A stretch of DNA of 64,000 nucleotides, from positions 1,520,545 through 1,584,544 of the forward strand of contig NW_018407700.1 of the NCBI RefSeq assembly GCF_002113885.1, given 5' to 3'. Origin of the DNA: Mizuhopecten yessoensis (lineage: Eukaryota). Made by a program: the position numbers and the translations under genes. Shown here piece by piece: positions 41,560-56,100 of this stretch. Position 1 is the stretch's first letter, and each line of letters opens with the position of its first letter. The notes beneath the pieces are model-generated. The model was not told the DNA's origin. It was given only the letters and a program-made list of their open reading frames with translations, and ran no database searches.

Positions 41560-44500
41560 ATGCTGGTAAGTGCATGCTTTCTATTTACTTAAAAATGGAC
41601 ATGTTACAGCTGTATATGGTCATCAAAAACACTATTTTAAACCTTGCTGTTCGTTTTGATTAATCGGTGTATTATCATTATAAAATTGTCCAACTATCTT
41701 TATTCTCATTTCAAGGTTTCCCAACAATCACACGAGTATTACCCAGCATCACCGCAACATGACCACTCTGCAGGTAAGTGCATATAATCGTTGAGACGGG
41801 TGCTTATTTTAAACATTGAGTGACACTTTTTGTTATAAGCTCTTAGTATGGCACCCGTAGTTTTCCTACACTGGTATACTAATAGAGAGAAAGAGAAATG
41901 TGTTCTAAACAAAGCAATAACAAACCTAGTTATATATGTTTGTGGTGCTGTATAAGTATTATAATCAACATACAGTATTCTATCTATTTCATTATGCATT
42001 TTCTGCTCCGATTTAAACTTTTCAGCACAACAATCCTGCCGTGTACGTAAGGTCAATACATCTATACGGGACCCCGGAAACATGGATCTTAGTCACACAT
42101 ATCCAAGGGTAGGAATAATAACATCTGCTATCATACAAAGATTGAATTACTCATAGTTCTTTCTCTACATATCTACGGGTCAGTAAGAATGTGTCAACTG
42201 ATTAAATCACAGTAAATGGTGTGTTTTTTTATATATGAAGTCAGCGCCGCTATTAATATACAGTGACATTTCTAAAGGGTATACAAAGTAAGTTATATAT
42301 ATATACATATATATACATCAGGTAAAAGTTATATATATATACAGATAATTACATCAGATTAAAGTTATATATATACAGATAGATACATGAGGTAAATTAT
42401 CTTTAATTATTGATCATTATATTAACGCCATGTATACATTATTTATCATATGTATGCCAGACCGATGTAAAATTAGTCATAAAGATCCCCCCCCCCCCCC
42501 CCTTTTACACCAACCAGATATGTAGTTAATTTTCAAAAGGTGATATTTATTATCTTACAAATAAATAGACTGGCTAACGTCAATAGCGGAAAAGACACGG
42601 ACAGAAATATCTAACATTTTGGAGACGGCTGACTAAATAAAAAGTTGTAATACATAGAAACTTCACTGTTCTAAAGAAGTATTATCGTTATATCTGTGAT
42701 ACTGGATTTCCACAGTTTTGTTTTCTCGTTTTCTGCGATTTTTAAATGTATATATGTATACGTTTATTGACTGAGGAGATAACGGCAGAAAGAAAACGTG
42801 AGTTTGTTTGTATATCGAATACCGAGTATAATATAAAATTGTCGAGATAAAGTTTCTAAAACATTAAGTTGCCAATTGATATGTAAAAGTGTTCACATTG
42901 GAAATAAATCGCGATACGATGCCTATCTTCAGTTTTTTTTACTTATTTTGACGAAATCGACCTTTTTCATCACTGGTGAATATAGCGTCTCTTTCTTGAA
43001 TGATCAAGCGTTGCCATGATGAACAGATACAATCTATGTTTGTGTACTTTCCTTATCAGGAAATCATACCAACTGTACTCTCGTTATGGATTGACTGTCG
43101 GTGTGGTTCCGTGAAATGAACGTAAACGGCTCATATAAACTAGCATATGTCAGAGTAGGATGAAGTCCCGCTTAAGCTTAATGTCTGTTTCGTATGATTT
43201 AAAGCACAGAAACATCACTATTAAAACTTAACAGGAATATGTCTTAACAACTTATATATCAAGCTTATGATAGCGTTTCTCTGTCCTCATCTCCCCTGAT
43301 GTGAAACTTGTTGAACTGATTTATTAAAGTCCAGAAACAAACCTATTAAAATCCTTCACCAAAGGAAATATTGGCCAGTCTATCAATCCTTTTCTTCGGT
43401 TTATGTCCAATATCTATAGTAACGATAAAACTAATCTATTTCGAATTTTGTGCTTTAAACCCGCTTGTGAAAGCCCTTTATTTTGTTAGGGACAATCCAT
43501 GAAACTCTTGACTACAGCGACAGAGATATTTTTCATATTTTTTGATAATGGGACGTAATTACAGTAATTAAATTTACATGTTTTCCAGGGACTACAAAAC
43601 TTTAAATTGACATGTGCCATCAACGCAGTTGTTCAGGTAGGAAAGTTGTTTCCTTTTATATGTGTACTTATGTGTACATACTGTTATGTCGCCAATAAGA
43701 TCTTGCTCAAAAGTAGTAATGATTGTCAATACAATAAATATAAATATATTGTATAAATAAAGCATTCACTGTGTGGAGTTCTTTTTACTTTGAACTACTG
43801 TGAACGTAAATGTAGGCACTGTGGTTGCTTGTAATGGTTTTTTTCTTTTGCAATGTAGAATTGTTATCTACTGAAATAATAATACAACGTGATATTGTAT
43901 CCAACTTAATTATTGCATCTAAATGTAAACAACGTTTGATTCTAATTTTACATGTGGAGTAATACATTGATAATTTCTCTGTATTTAAAGGTCTTAGCAC
44001 AAACTCCAGGATTTTATGATGCAGTGTTTGATTTTTGCATCAAGGTAAGAAGACGTTTTATAAAAACATACACCAGAGTGCAAGGTGTGTGTATTTTAGT
44101 ACGTGAAAACTGTAAATGATCACTCCATTGTTCTCTTTTAACTCATAGTATAATGGGGATTTCAACAAGGGTCAAATGGTGAAAAATACAACAGTTTGCA
44201 GTAGACAAACAAGGTGTATTCTACAAATTGATTATGTTTTATCTTCTTCTTTAATATTTCAGAGTAAGAAAACGGATTTGGCACACATTCTTTTAGATAT
44301 CATCCTAAATGTAACCCATGCACCAGGTCCAATCAGTGCCGAGGCATTACAAGCAGAAATCAGTGAAAGGTAAAAATAAATTAGTGAGCAACTCATGTTA
44401 TATCAAACTATGATCAGTGTTACATGTATCAGTACCCAATGTACTAAAGCATGACCAGTATTTTCATGATCTATTGCATTTATGTATGATGATTCTTACC

Positions 44501-47500
44501 AGTAGCTAAAAACTAAGACATATTTATAAATATGAAATTTTAAAAAAAAGTACATAAAAGTATGCGTTGAAATAAAACCAGTCAGCCAACATGAGGCTAA
44601 CGCGGAGCTCTTTAAGTCAACAGGTGGCAAAGTAATGTGATCAAAAAATTGAAATGGTTCTCAGCCATTTATATGACAACAAATGAAGCATTCTTCTTCC
44701 GCTCAGTAACAATCAGGCCACGTTTACTAATTGTAAGCTGTTTTGTGATAATTTTTCTTAAATAGGGAGGATGACTTTCACTTCTGGAGACAACATGACT
44801 GCCATTCCTTTCTCCTGTGTCTTTTAGAGACTTTGAGAGAGGATCTGGGAAAAGGTTAGACACAGTTTTATAATTTAGTTCTACATCATCCACTATTTGA
44901 TATTAATGTATAAATAGTTAATAGAAATACGAAGGCAGAAAGCAGCTGTTTAAAAATTTAGATTCTATATGTAGAAAGCAAAATAATGTTAATATTGTAC
45001 TGCACTTCATATGATTGTCTGTATAATTTAGACCACTATATTCTTTATCATTTTGATTATAACTGGTTACTGAACGATTGTTATCAAAGGTTCCGTCGAG
45101 TTTTCTTGTTTATTGAATTTCTTTTTCTTAAAAGAAAACTAAGTAATAAACGCATATTTATTGATATACCGTTTCTGTTTTTTAGAGAGCATGGGCTTAT
45201 TCACAGGGCAGATTAAGAACCAGTTTGAATGCCGGAGCTGTTCACATGTAAGTTTCGAAAACTGTGTCCAATTTCTGTCATATGGTGTTGATGATGTGGT
45301 ATACAATTATTCAATGCAATTTTCTATTAGAAATGAAAACATTTTATACGCTACACGATAAAAAATATATGTATTTACGTCACTTTATGATGCTATCTCT
45401 GCTTTATTATAATGTTATATGCCCGATATCTAGTATTTGGTCAATCCACCATGTCTTCAGTTAATTATAATATACTTATATAATTTTCAGATGGAATGTT
45501 CCGAACCTCAAGACTTTACATCGTTATGCATTCCCTTAACTGAGGTAATTAATACAGAATTAACATTGCTATAAAAAGCGGAATACACAGGTTGCATTAT
45601 TGTTGCCCTTTTTTATTATTTATATTTTCCATATATCTTTATGGTTCTACTCACTGAGAGTGTGATGACATCATGACTCATATTTAAGAGATAGGTAAAC
45701 ATTGAAGTTATCATTAAAACAAATAAAGTAGGTTATTTATTCTCTTTACTGTATTCAATGTTAATGGAAATTTTAATATTGTACATGCAGAGATTGATCC
45801 ATTTCACAAAGGTCATTAGACAAATGCCTTCTCGCATTGCTAATACAGAATACATTTTGCCAATAGCTAGTGTGGACTCTTTTGATGCAAGTCTGTTGTG
45901 CAGAATTTCATATTTGAATGACTGAAACTTTACAGTAATGCCACATAAATTAAATAAATCCAAATTTCGCCTTCGAACAACTATTTACAGAATTCGGTGG
46001 AAAAGGGCTTAAAAGTTCTGTTTCAAAAGGAAACACTGACGGATTCAAAGATGGTATGCCGATCTTGTGCTAAAGGTAATAGAGTAAGCTTTCACACGTT
46101 AATAAACTTTCCAAAAATATTATTTCCAGAGACCACCTTCAATATTTAACAGCATTCTTTCGAGTGTGACTTCAAATATTGTCGATTAATATCTACAGGC
46201 ATATTTCGCGAAATGAAGTACACGAAAAAATATGGTGGTTTACAATTATTAAACTCATTGCGAAGTCGTACTTGTAATATAATCATATGTCTAAAGGTAA
46301 CAAACTGTGTCGCACACAGTTAACTCTACATAATCTGCAGAATAAATAGATAAAACAAGTTTAATATTCATTTAAGAATTTTAAAAATGTGTGTTTGTTT
46401 CGGTTAATAAGATATTGTAAAAACATAGGACATGTTGTAAAATTCTACGGTTATTTTATGTTTCCTTTCATTTTATAAAGGTGAAAATATCTTGACGTTG
46501 TTATATATGATATAATTATAACAGATAAAAGAATCCAGAGACGGTATTTGTGTAATAAAGAGCTACTGATTGCGAGAGCTCCCGACGTCCTTGTTCTTCA
46601 ACTCGCCAGATTTAAAGAGGTGTGTTTATATAGATTAGGTAACTTAAGGACACTGGTGTAAACCCCATTGAATGAACTTTTATCGTCAATCCAGAAATAT
46701 CAAGCTAGCTTTTTTGTCACCAGATTTCAGTACAAATGTGAAAAATATGATAAAAGGTGTCGGCTAACGCAGGGACATTGTATACCAAAACAGGGTAACA
46801 GATTTTTTTTGTTTAACGATGGTGATTTCCATTTTGCTATAACGATATATCAAAGTAAACTGTGACAAGCGTCATCGTCATCTGGAGTTAAATATTCTCC
46901 AGTTGATGAGTCCATGCTATATATTTTTCGCCATTCCCCTTTCGCTGTACATGTTTCGGAATACATTAGACATGGTATTTCATTATTTTGTCATTTAACA
47001 ACAATGTTGAGTTCGAAATAGATGAAACAGACATATGGTGTAGTAAAATGTTTACTTTGTTCGGATTTCTGCATCGACAATTTGTTTTTAATTGACTCCT
47101 TAATACGTATTACAAGTGATTATTCTTCACATGTGCCACGTTATGGTTTTATTTGTGTTTTCATTGAAGGTGAGAACTACAAATGGACATGTAGTAATTC
47201 AAAAACAACAAAGCCTGTTCCCGTACAACGATAATATGCATCTGAATCCTGTAAGTTATTAATAGATACTACAGTAGTAAATACAGTCCAACTTGCTCAT
47301 GCGACCACTTTCATTAAAAGATCACTTGTGTTTGGAGACCATTTTGTCTTTTTAACTTTGTGGTAGTTTCACTGCGAATTGAATCTGTATTATATCCCAT
47401 CTGCATTTGGAGATAACGCCTTCAAATTCCTAATGGCGGTCTCGTTATGCAGATGTGACTGTAGGTGGGGTTAACAGTAGAAAAGAACTCTTTTATTACC

Positions 47501-47926
47501 AGTGATTTTCCCCCTTGCACTCTGATATCAATTACTCCTTTACTAATTATTTTACGTTGTTAGAAATATCTGTGTAAGCTCCCTCCTTCCTTAGTCATGG
47601 CCGGTTTTCTGTTTTATTGATTTATGATTCATTTTCTCTCTTGTTTTCAGTGTGGAAAATCTCCAGTTAAATACAAGCTTTTCGCCATCATCTCTCATCT
47701 GGGAACCATCGAAGGCGGTCATTACGTATCCTATATACGGACATTACAGGGCCAGCACGATATAACTAGGCCTACCAATAAAGACAAGGACAAGCTTGGC
47801 CACGAAAGTCACCACTCCAGTACGTGGTACCACTGTACTGACGACATTGTCACGCGATTGAAGCCAGACGCTGGGTATCCTATTTGTTCCCATGCCTACC
47901 TCTTGTTTTATCACAAACTAAATTGA
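41560..47926 (+). CDS. USP-family deubiquitinase paralogue 3 (~318 aa), essentially the catalytic domain alone
   Basis: Exons: 41560-41565 (ML, inferred), 43589-43636 (GLQNFKLTCAINAVVQ), 43991-44044, 44263-44369, 44766-44854 (QHDCHSFL), 45186-45247 (CRSC), 45491-45544, 45991-46075 (CRSC), 46525-46619 (APDVLVLQLARF), 47170-47250, 47651-47926 (YKLFAIISHLGTIEGGHY...WYHCTDD...AYLLFY). AATAAA at 48118. Confidence 0.88.
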
Positions 47927-50900
47927 GCGTTTTGTATCAGGAAAAGATCTTAACTAAACGCAGAACTTAAAATATAGACTATTAAAGGATTTTGTCAAGC
48001 AAAAATCGTTTATATTTTGCCTTTTAATATTAAGTTTTCTCGATTAATTACTCTTCACAGACGAAATAGTAAAGTAAGCTAAACTAAAAATTATTACCTT
48101 GAACTATGATTATTGCAAATAAAACAAATAATTACGTATGTTAAATAAGTCATACACAATCAGGAGATCTTTAAAAATATGAAATCTTATGAAAATATCA
48201 GATATCTCATATTTTTTAGAAAATATATAATAGCTTAGGATAGCTCATAACCTTTATAACTATTATAAAAAGGTAATGTTATCCTTTATGCGTACAAGAT
48301 TTCGTATACAGTGATATCTTAGTAAGATTTATTTTCTCCGTGACAATATGGCGTTTTGAATCGCAAAAGACAATACATCTTTATTGAAGATATCATATAA
48401 AGTGTTTATAAGATCATGTTTATTTTCAAGACATCTGAACTTTTCCGGGTATTTTGTTCATTTTTCTTTTTAGGATACTTATAATTTGTAAGACATCTTA
48501 TGAAGTTTATAAAATATCTAATTTAGTTTTAAAGATAACTTAAATAGTAAACAGTATACAGTTGACAGATATCTAATAAGTTTTTAAAATATTATATGAA
48601 GCGTTTACCAAATAATTCATACCTCCATGAATAAATCATTTTTGCTTGCCATAAAAAGAAAAAATACTTCACCTGTGGTGCAAAATATTGGAAAGGCAAC
48701 CTTTATTCATTTATAAACCACGTCACGGGCATACTTTTACCGAGACGCATCTTGACACCTTATATGTCACCCTTTACATCTATAATAAAAATATCTCGAA
48801 TTTCATTATGTCTTCACCTTATGCGGGAATATGACTTTCAGTCTGACAAACCAATAAACCTTCGCCGTATTAATGAAATCTACCTGCGAAAAACCCTAAA
48901 GAATTTTAAATGGAATACATTCACTTCGATTCTTCTACCTGGTTGGACTTATTTGAGAAGTCTGTACACAGAGGGTCCTTTAAATGTACGACTTATGTAG
49001 TTTTAGGTTTCAAACCAGAGAGAGAAGGTGTCCTTATCTTGGCTGTAGATATATTCCCGTCACGCACCTGCAGGCGACGCCATTGAATGGTAGCGGTATA
49101 TATCACCGCTATCGAGTAGCCGGTCCACAAGATTAGGTGTGCGATACCATATAAATAAACCCGTCACTCAACCAAATCTTATTCAGCTATAGATAAAAAA
49201 AAATCTAAGTAGGCGAAATGTTTTCTTTAGAATTAAAGAATGGTTGTTTACCCGATCTCTTACGTGAAGTGTTCAGCGTGTCTCGTACAAACCATTTACT
49301 GCGCGGAAATAGTCGGGGTATCACACTCTGCTGATATTCTACATTCAACATTTAACATTTCAACATTAGGTGAAACATTTCGACATTAGTATATGGAGGA
49401 TGGAATTACGCCGTTAATGAGAACAGGTGAGATTACGTATCATTGGGTCAGGTAATCGAGCTAAAATAGTGTATTTGTCTGTACCAATAACCTAGTATAT
49501 CCTACTTTACATCTTGTGTAGTCGGACATTTTACAGAAATTGTTCAAGGACGGTTTATTTAAAATATATCCTAAATCATCTTTCCTTTTGTGACGTATGT
49601 TCACTACTTCAGCTAATATTACTTGTGACGAGACTAACTTGACTAATAAAATGTAGATGACATATCGTATACGTGTACATGTAGGTCTTATATCTATACC
49701 GTCAGAAAGGCGACAAGTGATTAAACCATTAAAAATATTAGTGACGGATCCAGGGTTACTGTAGGGATGGGGTACAGAACACCTCTTACAAATACATCCC
49801 CTCGTCATGTTTAATGTACCCGCCCCTAAATTTGACCACATAAGGTGGTCCCGTTTTCAGTTTTGTTTTGTTTTTCAATCAAAATTGCCAAAACAACAGA
49901 AAAAACAAACGATTTTTAACCTGATGGTGAACAAATCGCGTAAATATTAAGAAAATATCAATTATCTAAAATTTAAATTAAGGTGTAATTAAGTTGATAA
50001 TACTTGATACAACAAGCTATCATATAAAATGGTATATAGAATTCCAACAGGAATATACTATTCCACTTGTCAATACGGTATTTCCTTCGCGTCTGTACCA
50101 TTTTCTCGTCTATGGTATTCGCCTAGAGTGAATACGACTGTTCCTTCACGTCTACATTTTACCCCTTTTCCGAATTTAACTTTACCTTCTGTGTACGTCA
50201 TTATACCTCTGTGAATACCTGTAATGACAGGTTTAAATCCTAATTGGATTTTGTTGTATGTTTACAAGTCAATTAGTCACGAAAACGTCTACCTAAACTT
50301 CTGAGGTTATCTCAAACCTAACCCTTTAATCGATACTACAAACATTTTAAAATAAATTACACTTTCGATTTTTAAAGAACTTTTTATCCACACATAAACA
50401 CACAAGAAAAAAACCCACACATACTCACAAACAAAAAAACCCAGTGCATTCTGACCTTTTGACAGATTATATTTTCACCGTAACGGGTACCTGTGTTCTT
50501 TTACAAGTCAACGCGGTTTAATCAGAAAGATAGTCAGAATAACAGGTTTATCATTATTCCTTCAATCACGGAGTTACCTTTACCTTAGTGCTGGCACAAA
50601 CAATATTATCACTGTGTCGCCCTTGATATGTTTTATATAACCAAATCACGTTTGATACGTCGTATTCGATTTATTTAAGAACATTTTAATAACAAAATAA
50701 GTGAAGTGAAAATACCCAACTCTCAGTGAAAATTAGGTTTTGTATGCTTAAGAGATTTATGTGAAATCGCTTTAGGGGTAACAACATCATGAGGTATACC
50801 TTGTATAACACTAACAGGATTTAACACTGTATTGTGAACTTCGATTGATCGCAAAGAACAACTATTTTACAATCAGATTTATTTATTAGCGGGCACTTCA

Positions 50901-53125
50901 AGGTCTTAGGTAGTATCAAGTAAAATTGAAAATAAATAAAACACATCGTCAACATGTAAGGACATAACTCAAGTCAAACACTAAAAGAGGAGACACCAAA
51001 ACATAAGTTATGATACTGTAAGCCTACTGAAAAAGGAATGCAACACTACGTGCTCAGCTGAAAAAATGAGTCCAAACACTTGGCAGTGAAGAGCTGTGCT
51101 ACCACTTGAATACAGTTGTAATAAACTGGCACTGAACGTTAATTAGACATACCGGAACAAACGATTGAACATGATATGTTTTTACTGACGAAATCGGGAT
51201 CTTAGAATTTCTACCATTGCTATCACTAATGGAAATACATTACATTACATCTCTCCATGAGAAATGTTAGCCCTCGAAACTTTATACAGTCAACAATCAT
51301 ACTGTGTTGGAGACCATTTTATGTGAAACTAGTTGACCGATATTTTTATTGTATCATAATTGCCCACAAGCTAACACCGATATGATGTGTGTGCACACCG
51401 TTTATCATTGTCAGAAGAGGGCTTTTATAATATTACATGTAGCTCCATTCCTATTGTTAGACATATATACAATAAAATATTCTGAAACGACAAATCTATC
51501 ACCAGAATATGGTGATATGTTTACTTAGCTAGCAAATAACCATAATTTCAAACCACTGCACCAAGTATTTACCAATCCAATTGATGTTTGTATTAAAATC
51601 ATGCATAACTACTATAAACCTAATGTAAATAAATTAAAAAAACATCACCAAACCCGATCTTTCATCCTAATACATATTTAATAAACAAATACAAATAAAC
51701 ACATTCATTTCCAAACCATGCCAACTGTGTTATGGAAGCCATAAGTGTAACCCTATACTCTGTCAATATTTCGAATTAGTTTCCTCCACAATACTCGTAA
51801 TACAGTATTTGTTAACCAATCCAATTTGATAACGTAATATTGACAAAACTAAATGAGAAAATTCCTCGCATACCCTATACTCGATAACACAATATATTGC
51901 CCATGACCTGAGTTAGGTTGCCCATTTGTATAATAACCGATATTAGAGTTGGATAACTGTCACTCCAATGAACCAAGTCTGCATCACGCTTCTCGGATAA
52001 TATAGTAACAAACATGATTAGCATTGACCACAATTACACTTCCAAAACTGACGAATAGCTTTAGATGCTACTAAGTAGTAATCAGTTGGTTTGAGCGGTT
52101 AGAAATGCGATACAATACTAGGTACCTCTATATTGATTAAGCAAACAATCGTTCATTGTTTATCTTCCCTATCCGGTTCAAGTATGCTACATTCCTATAT
52201 GGATTACAGAGGAACCTAAATCGAGCTATTGACGGAGTATTGGTTTAAACTTGTGTATATATATATATATATATATCTGATAACTAACTGTGATATTTTC
52301 TATGGGTTCCACTCATAAAGTAATGGTAGACTATATTAGATATTGGAGATTTAGTTGACTTTCCCTCTTGCTTCACTTCATCCCGCGATATTCAAGGAAT
52401 AATGATATGTAACTTGCATTACAGGCTGTACCTAGGATACGTCGATGTAAGCTGATAACAGATGGGTCAATAGCTTGCAAGCATCCGCTCCCTGTCCTGC
52501 CAGTGGATGTGAATCGATAGTCATAGGAAAGGTATCTGGGTAGGCATAGTTTGCATAATGGTAGTGCATTATCCAATTCCATTTCACCGCCAACAGAACT
52601 GTGTCGTGAATGTTTCTATCGATTAATCAGGTACATTTGGTGATATGATGTAGTCAGGAGGTAGAGGTATACATGGTGAAATGGTTTACGTGCCGAGTCG
52701 GAGACTGTCAATAAAACTAACAGTTTACTTCAATCTGTCTATTAGTTCCGAGTGTATAGTGTCCTGATATCAAGTGACGAGTCTACAAACATGATTTTGT
52801 TTCGTTCCACCTGTAGATTCTCCGTGCAGACAGACGAAATGATGTGACTGAGGAACTTATATACAAACCCAACAGGTGAGAATTTGTTTTAGCACTGACA
52901 TTTCAATTCTGAAAACTAAAAATTGTTATGAATAGTAATAACAAGTTGCTTTCAGATAAAGATCTATATAGCATCGATTGCTGATTGAAAACCAATCCGT
53001 TCATGATCATGAAAATATCTGGTGTAATATGTATACGTATTATAAAGGTTTAATGCACAAACATGCAGTGATACCTGGTTCATTCTATAAATAACCATCC
53101 GTACCGTTCACTTGTAGTTAACAAC

Positions 53126-56100
53126 ATGGAAGAGAATGATAATACACCCAGTCAGCGAGACATTCTCGACGTGAATACGGGCGTCCAGAGACACTTCCTC
53201 ATAACGGAGGTCAGTGGATTCACAACCTCGACCGAGGCCAGCGTCTTGGAAGACGACGTGGAGAAAGCACGGGATGGAACAGGCGTGGAGGAAAGGAGGG
53301 ATGAGCGTGTTGAGGAAGGGAGAGATGAGCGTGTGGTGGAGGAAGGGATGAATGAGCGTGTGACTGGTACAAAGGACGGTACAGACATTGAGAAAACTAC
53401 GTCGTCTGAAAGCGATGCAACACAAAGTGCAACACGGCATGAAGAGATGGTGGATGGGCACAGAAATCACAGTGTACAGGCAGATGCCACAAGTGAAAAA
53501 AATAACATAGAAAATGTTGAAAAAAGTGGCATTACAATAGAAGGTAATACTACTGCCCAAGTAACACCTCCTCCTCCAGAGAAAGTCCGCAGTAAATTAG
53601 CACAAGAACTGGACAGACTCCAGGAACAGGACGACATACGGGAGGAACGGGCCAAGAGGAAGTTCAGACGGGACGTAAGGAGAACAAAGCGGGCTATGGA
53701 CAAAGCTCTGATTGAAAAGGGTGTCGAACTCTACCCCGATATCGATAAAACCAAGGCAGCCATAAAAAAGGTTCAAACGGACGAGGAAAAATTTGCTTTG
53801 ACAAAAGACCGTGCTAAATTGGATGCTGAAACTGACAAACTCAAACACGAAATAGACGATAAGTTTGGTATACTTCTGCGAGAAAAAAGACCAGACATAA
53901 CATCCCTGGCAGAAAATGTGTTTTCAAGGACCCGTGGAGATTCAGAGTTCCCTAGTCATATTACAAGGGTGCTTACAAGATCGGAGATCGAAGATCTACG
54001 TCTTGTGTTCGGCATGTTTGATGTGAAAGGAAAAGGGTAAGTCTTCAGAAGGACAAACCGTTAATATGCAAAATTTTGTTGTTGAAACTTTCGATACCTT
54101 TATAAGTCGGTAACTCAAATTCAATACCAAGAATTTTCCGATGTGCCTTAAACATTTGCAATGCTCAATTTAGTCTGCAAATACAATTGAGACTAATAAA
54201 TTAGGAAAAAGATATCGAGTGTTTTACTTGGATTCGTCGTAGATTTGCATGGCGGGTGTCGTCACTGAAGCAGAAGACGCTTACCTTTCCGGAACACGTG
54301 TTCTCATTCTCCTTGTACTTTTTCAAAGGTCTTCATAAAATCGTTTTTTCTTTATTTATATGTTGCCTAAATTTTGTCGATATGGAGTTGGAATCATGGC
54401 TTTGTTGAAACTTCGGTATTCTCTTGTTGTTTTTGGCACTATGGAATTACAGCAGTAAAATGTTTCTTAGACTTAATTCATATCATCGCTAGGTACATCA
54501 ATGACAAGGACATCAAGAGGATAGTGAAGATGCTTGGATTCCGTGCCTCTACTAAGGTGTTTGATGGCATGATCAGTAAGTATAAATAGAATCTGTAATA
54601 CCTTACTGTCGCTTCATTTTTTTTATATTTTTGATGAGTGGATGTAGTCCGATCGTTACGCATTGGGTTTGGTGTGCAACTAGACCGGACCATGTCCACA
54701 TACCTTCAGTACACGGATTGAAAGACTATTTATCCCTGCCCATACGCCAAAAAAAGTCGACAATAACTTTTAAAATCTTCAATGAACAGTTTTACACAAG
54801 TGGGTTGATTTCGACCATTAGAAATAATGAGAAGGTCCGTCTGGTACTAAAAGAAGGGGTCACTCAACTCGTGAAATTCCAGGTCCCATACCTGTGTGAC
54901 ATGACGTAAATTTACCTTTCAGATAGACAAAAAAAATACTATATCATAACAACTGTCCGACTTCTAATATAACTGAAGTGATATATAAATTTACCAAGAA
55001 GACTGTGAGGACTACATCTTCAAAATTAAGCCAACCACTATTGATTTCCATCGCGTTATTTGGTCTCCTTGCCTGAGGTTAACGCCCTCCGATTTACGGG
55101 AGTTTGTACTTGACAGCTCGATCTCATTGTATCCCTAGGTTTTACATTTGATTATGAGCATAAACCTGAACGACGCTCGTTCAAAATATTCAGTAAGAAT
55201 TCTGCAGTCTTTGACATTTTATTGAGGTGTCTCAGTGAAAAGCAAATATTCTTTTTGTTCTGTCTGGCCATTTGTCACATTTTCCAAAGGATTTTAATTT
55301 GTAACTGCATTATCCTTTAGTAATAATGCTAATTCTGTAATGGACAGATACAGCAGATCACAGTAAATGTTAATCAATTAATTCATTATATTGATCCGAT
55401 ACTGAATTTTCAAGTTGGTCCATTTATGACATGTTGACGACCAATGTTTATTTTGAAAATGAATGAGTTGGGATCAAAATGGCTGAATAAATATTTTTTT
55501 ATGAATGTGGCACTTCAAATATTAACGTATTCTTAATAGAGAGATGAATACCCACTCAATCCTGATTCGTTGGGTATTTTCCTGCAAGTAGCTTTCAAGC
55601 AATGAAAGCGTTTGTTACATCAATTAAAATGCAAGATTAAGAACAAGATTTCAACTAATTCAGTTTTAGCACGTCTAAAACCATCAAACAAACAACTTAG
55701 TATGTCAGGGGGTATATACTTTATCTTCTGTAGGAGAACTGGCTGGTGACACAGGACGAGTGTCATTTGTCAACTTCCTGGAATTCATCATAAAGAGCCA
55801 GGGTGAGGGACCAGACCCATTTGATGAGATTAAACAGGTAAGGAAAATAAACATAAAGTTATAGTCAGCTACGTATAGAACAGGTAAGGAGAATTAACAT
55901 AAAGGTACAGTCCACTACGTATAGAACAGGTAAGGAGAATTAACATAAAGGTAAAGTCAACTACGTATAATACAAGTAAGGAGAATTAACATAAAGGTAA
56001 GGTCAACTACGTATAGAACAGGCAAGGAGAATTAACAGAAAGGTAAAGTCAACTACGCATAGAACAGGAAAGGAGAATTAACATAAAGGTAAGATCAACT

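Noticed and set aside
53108-53848. Four minus-strand ORFs overlapping the centrin-like exon
   Set aside because: They are antisense shadows of a purine-rich coding exon.
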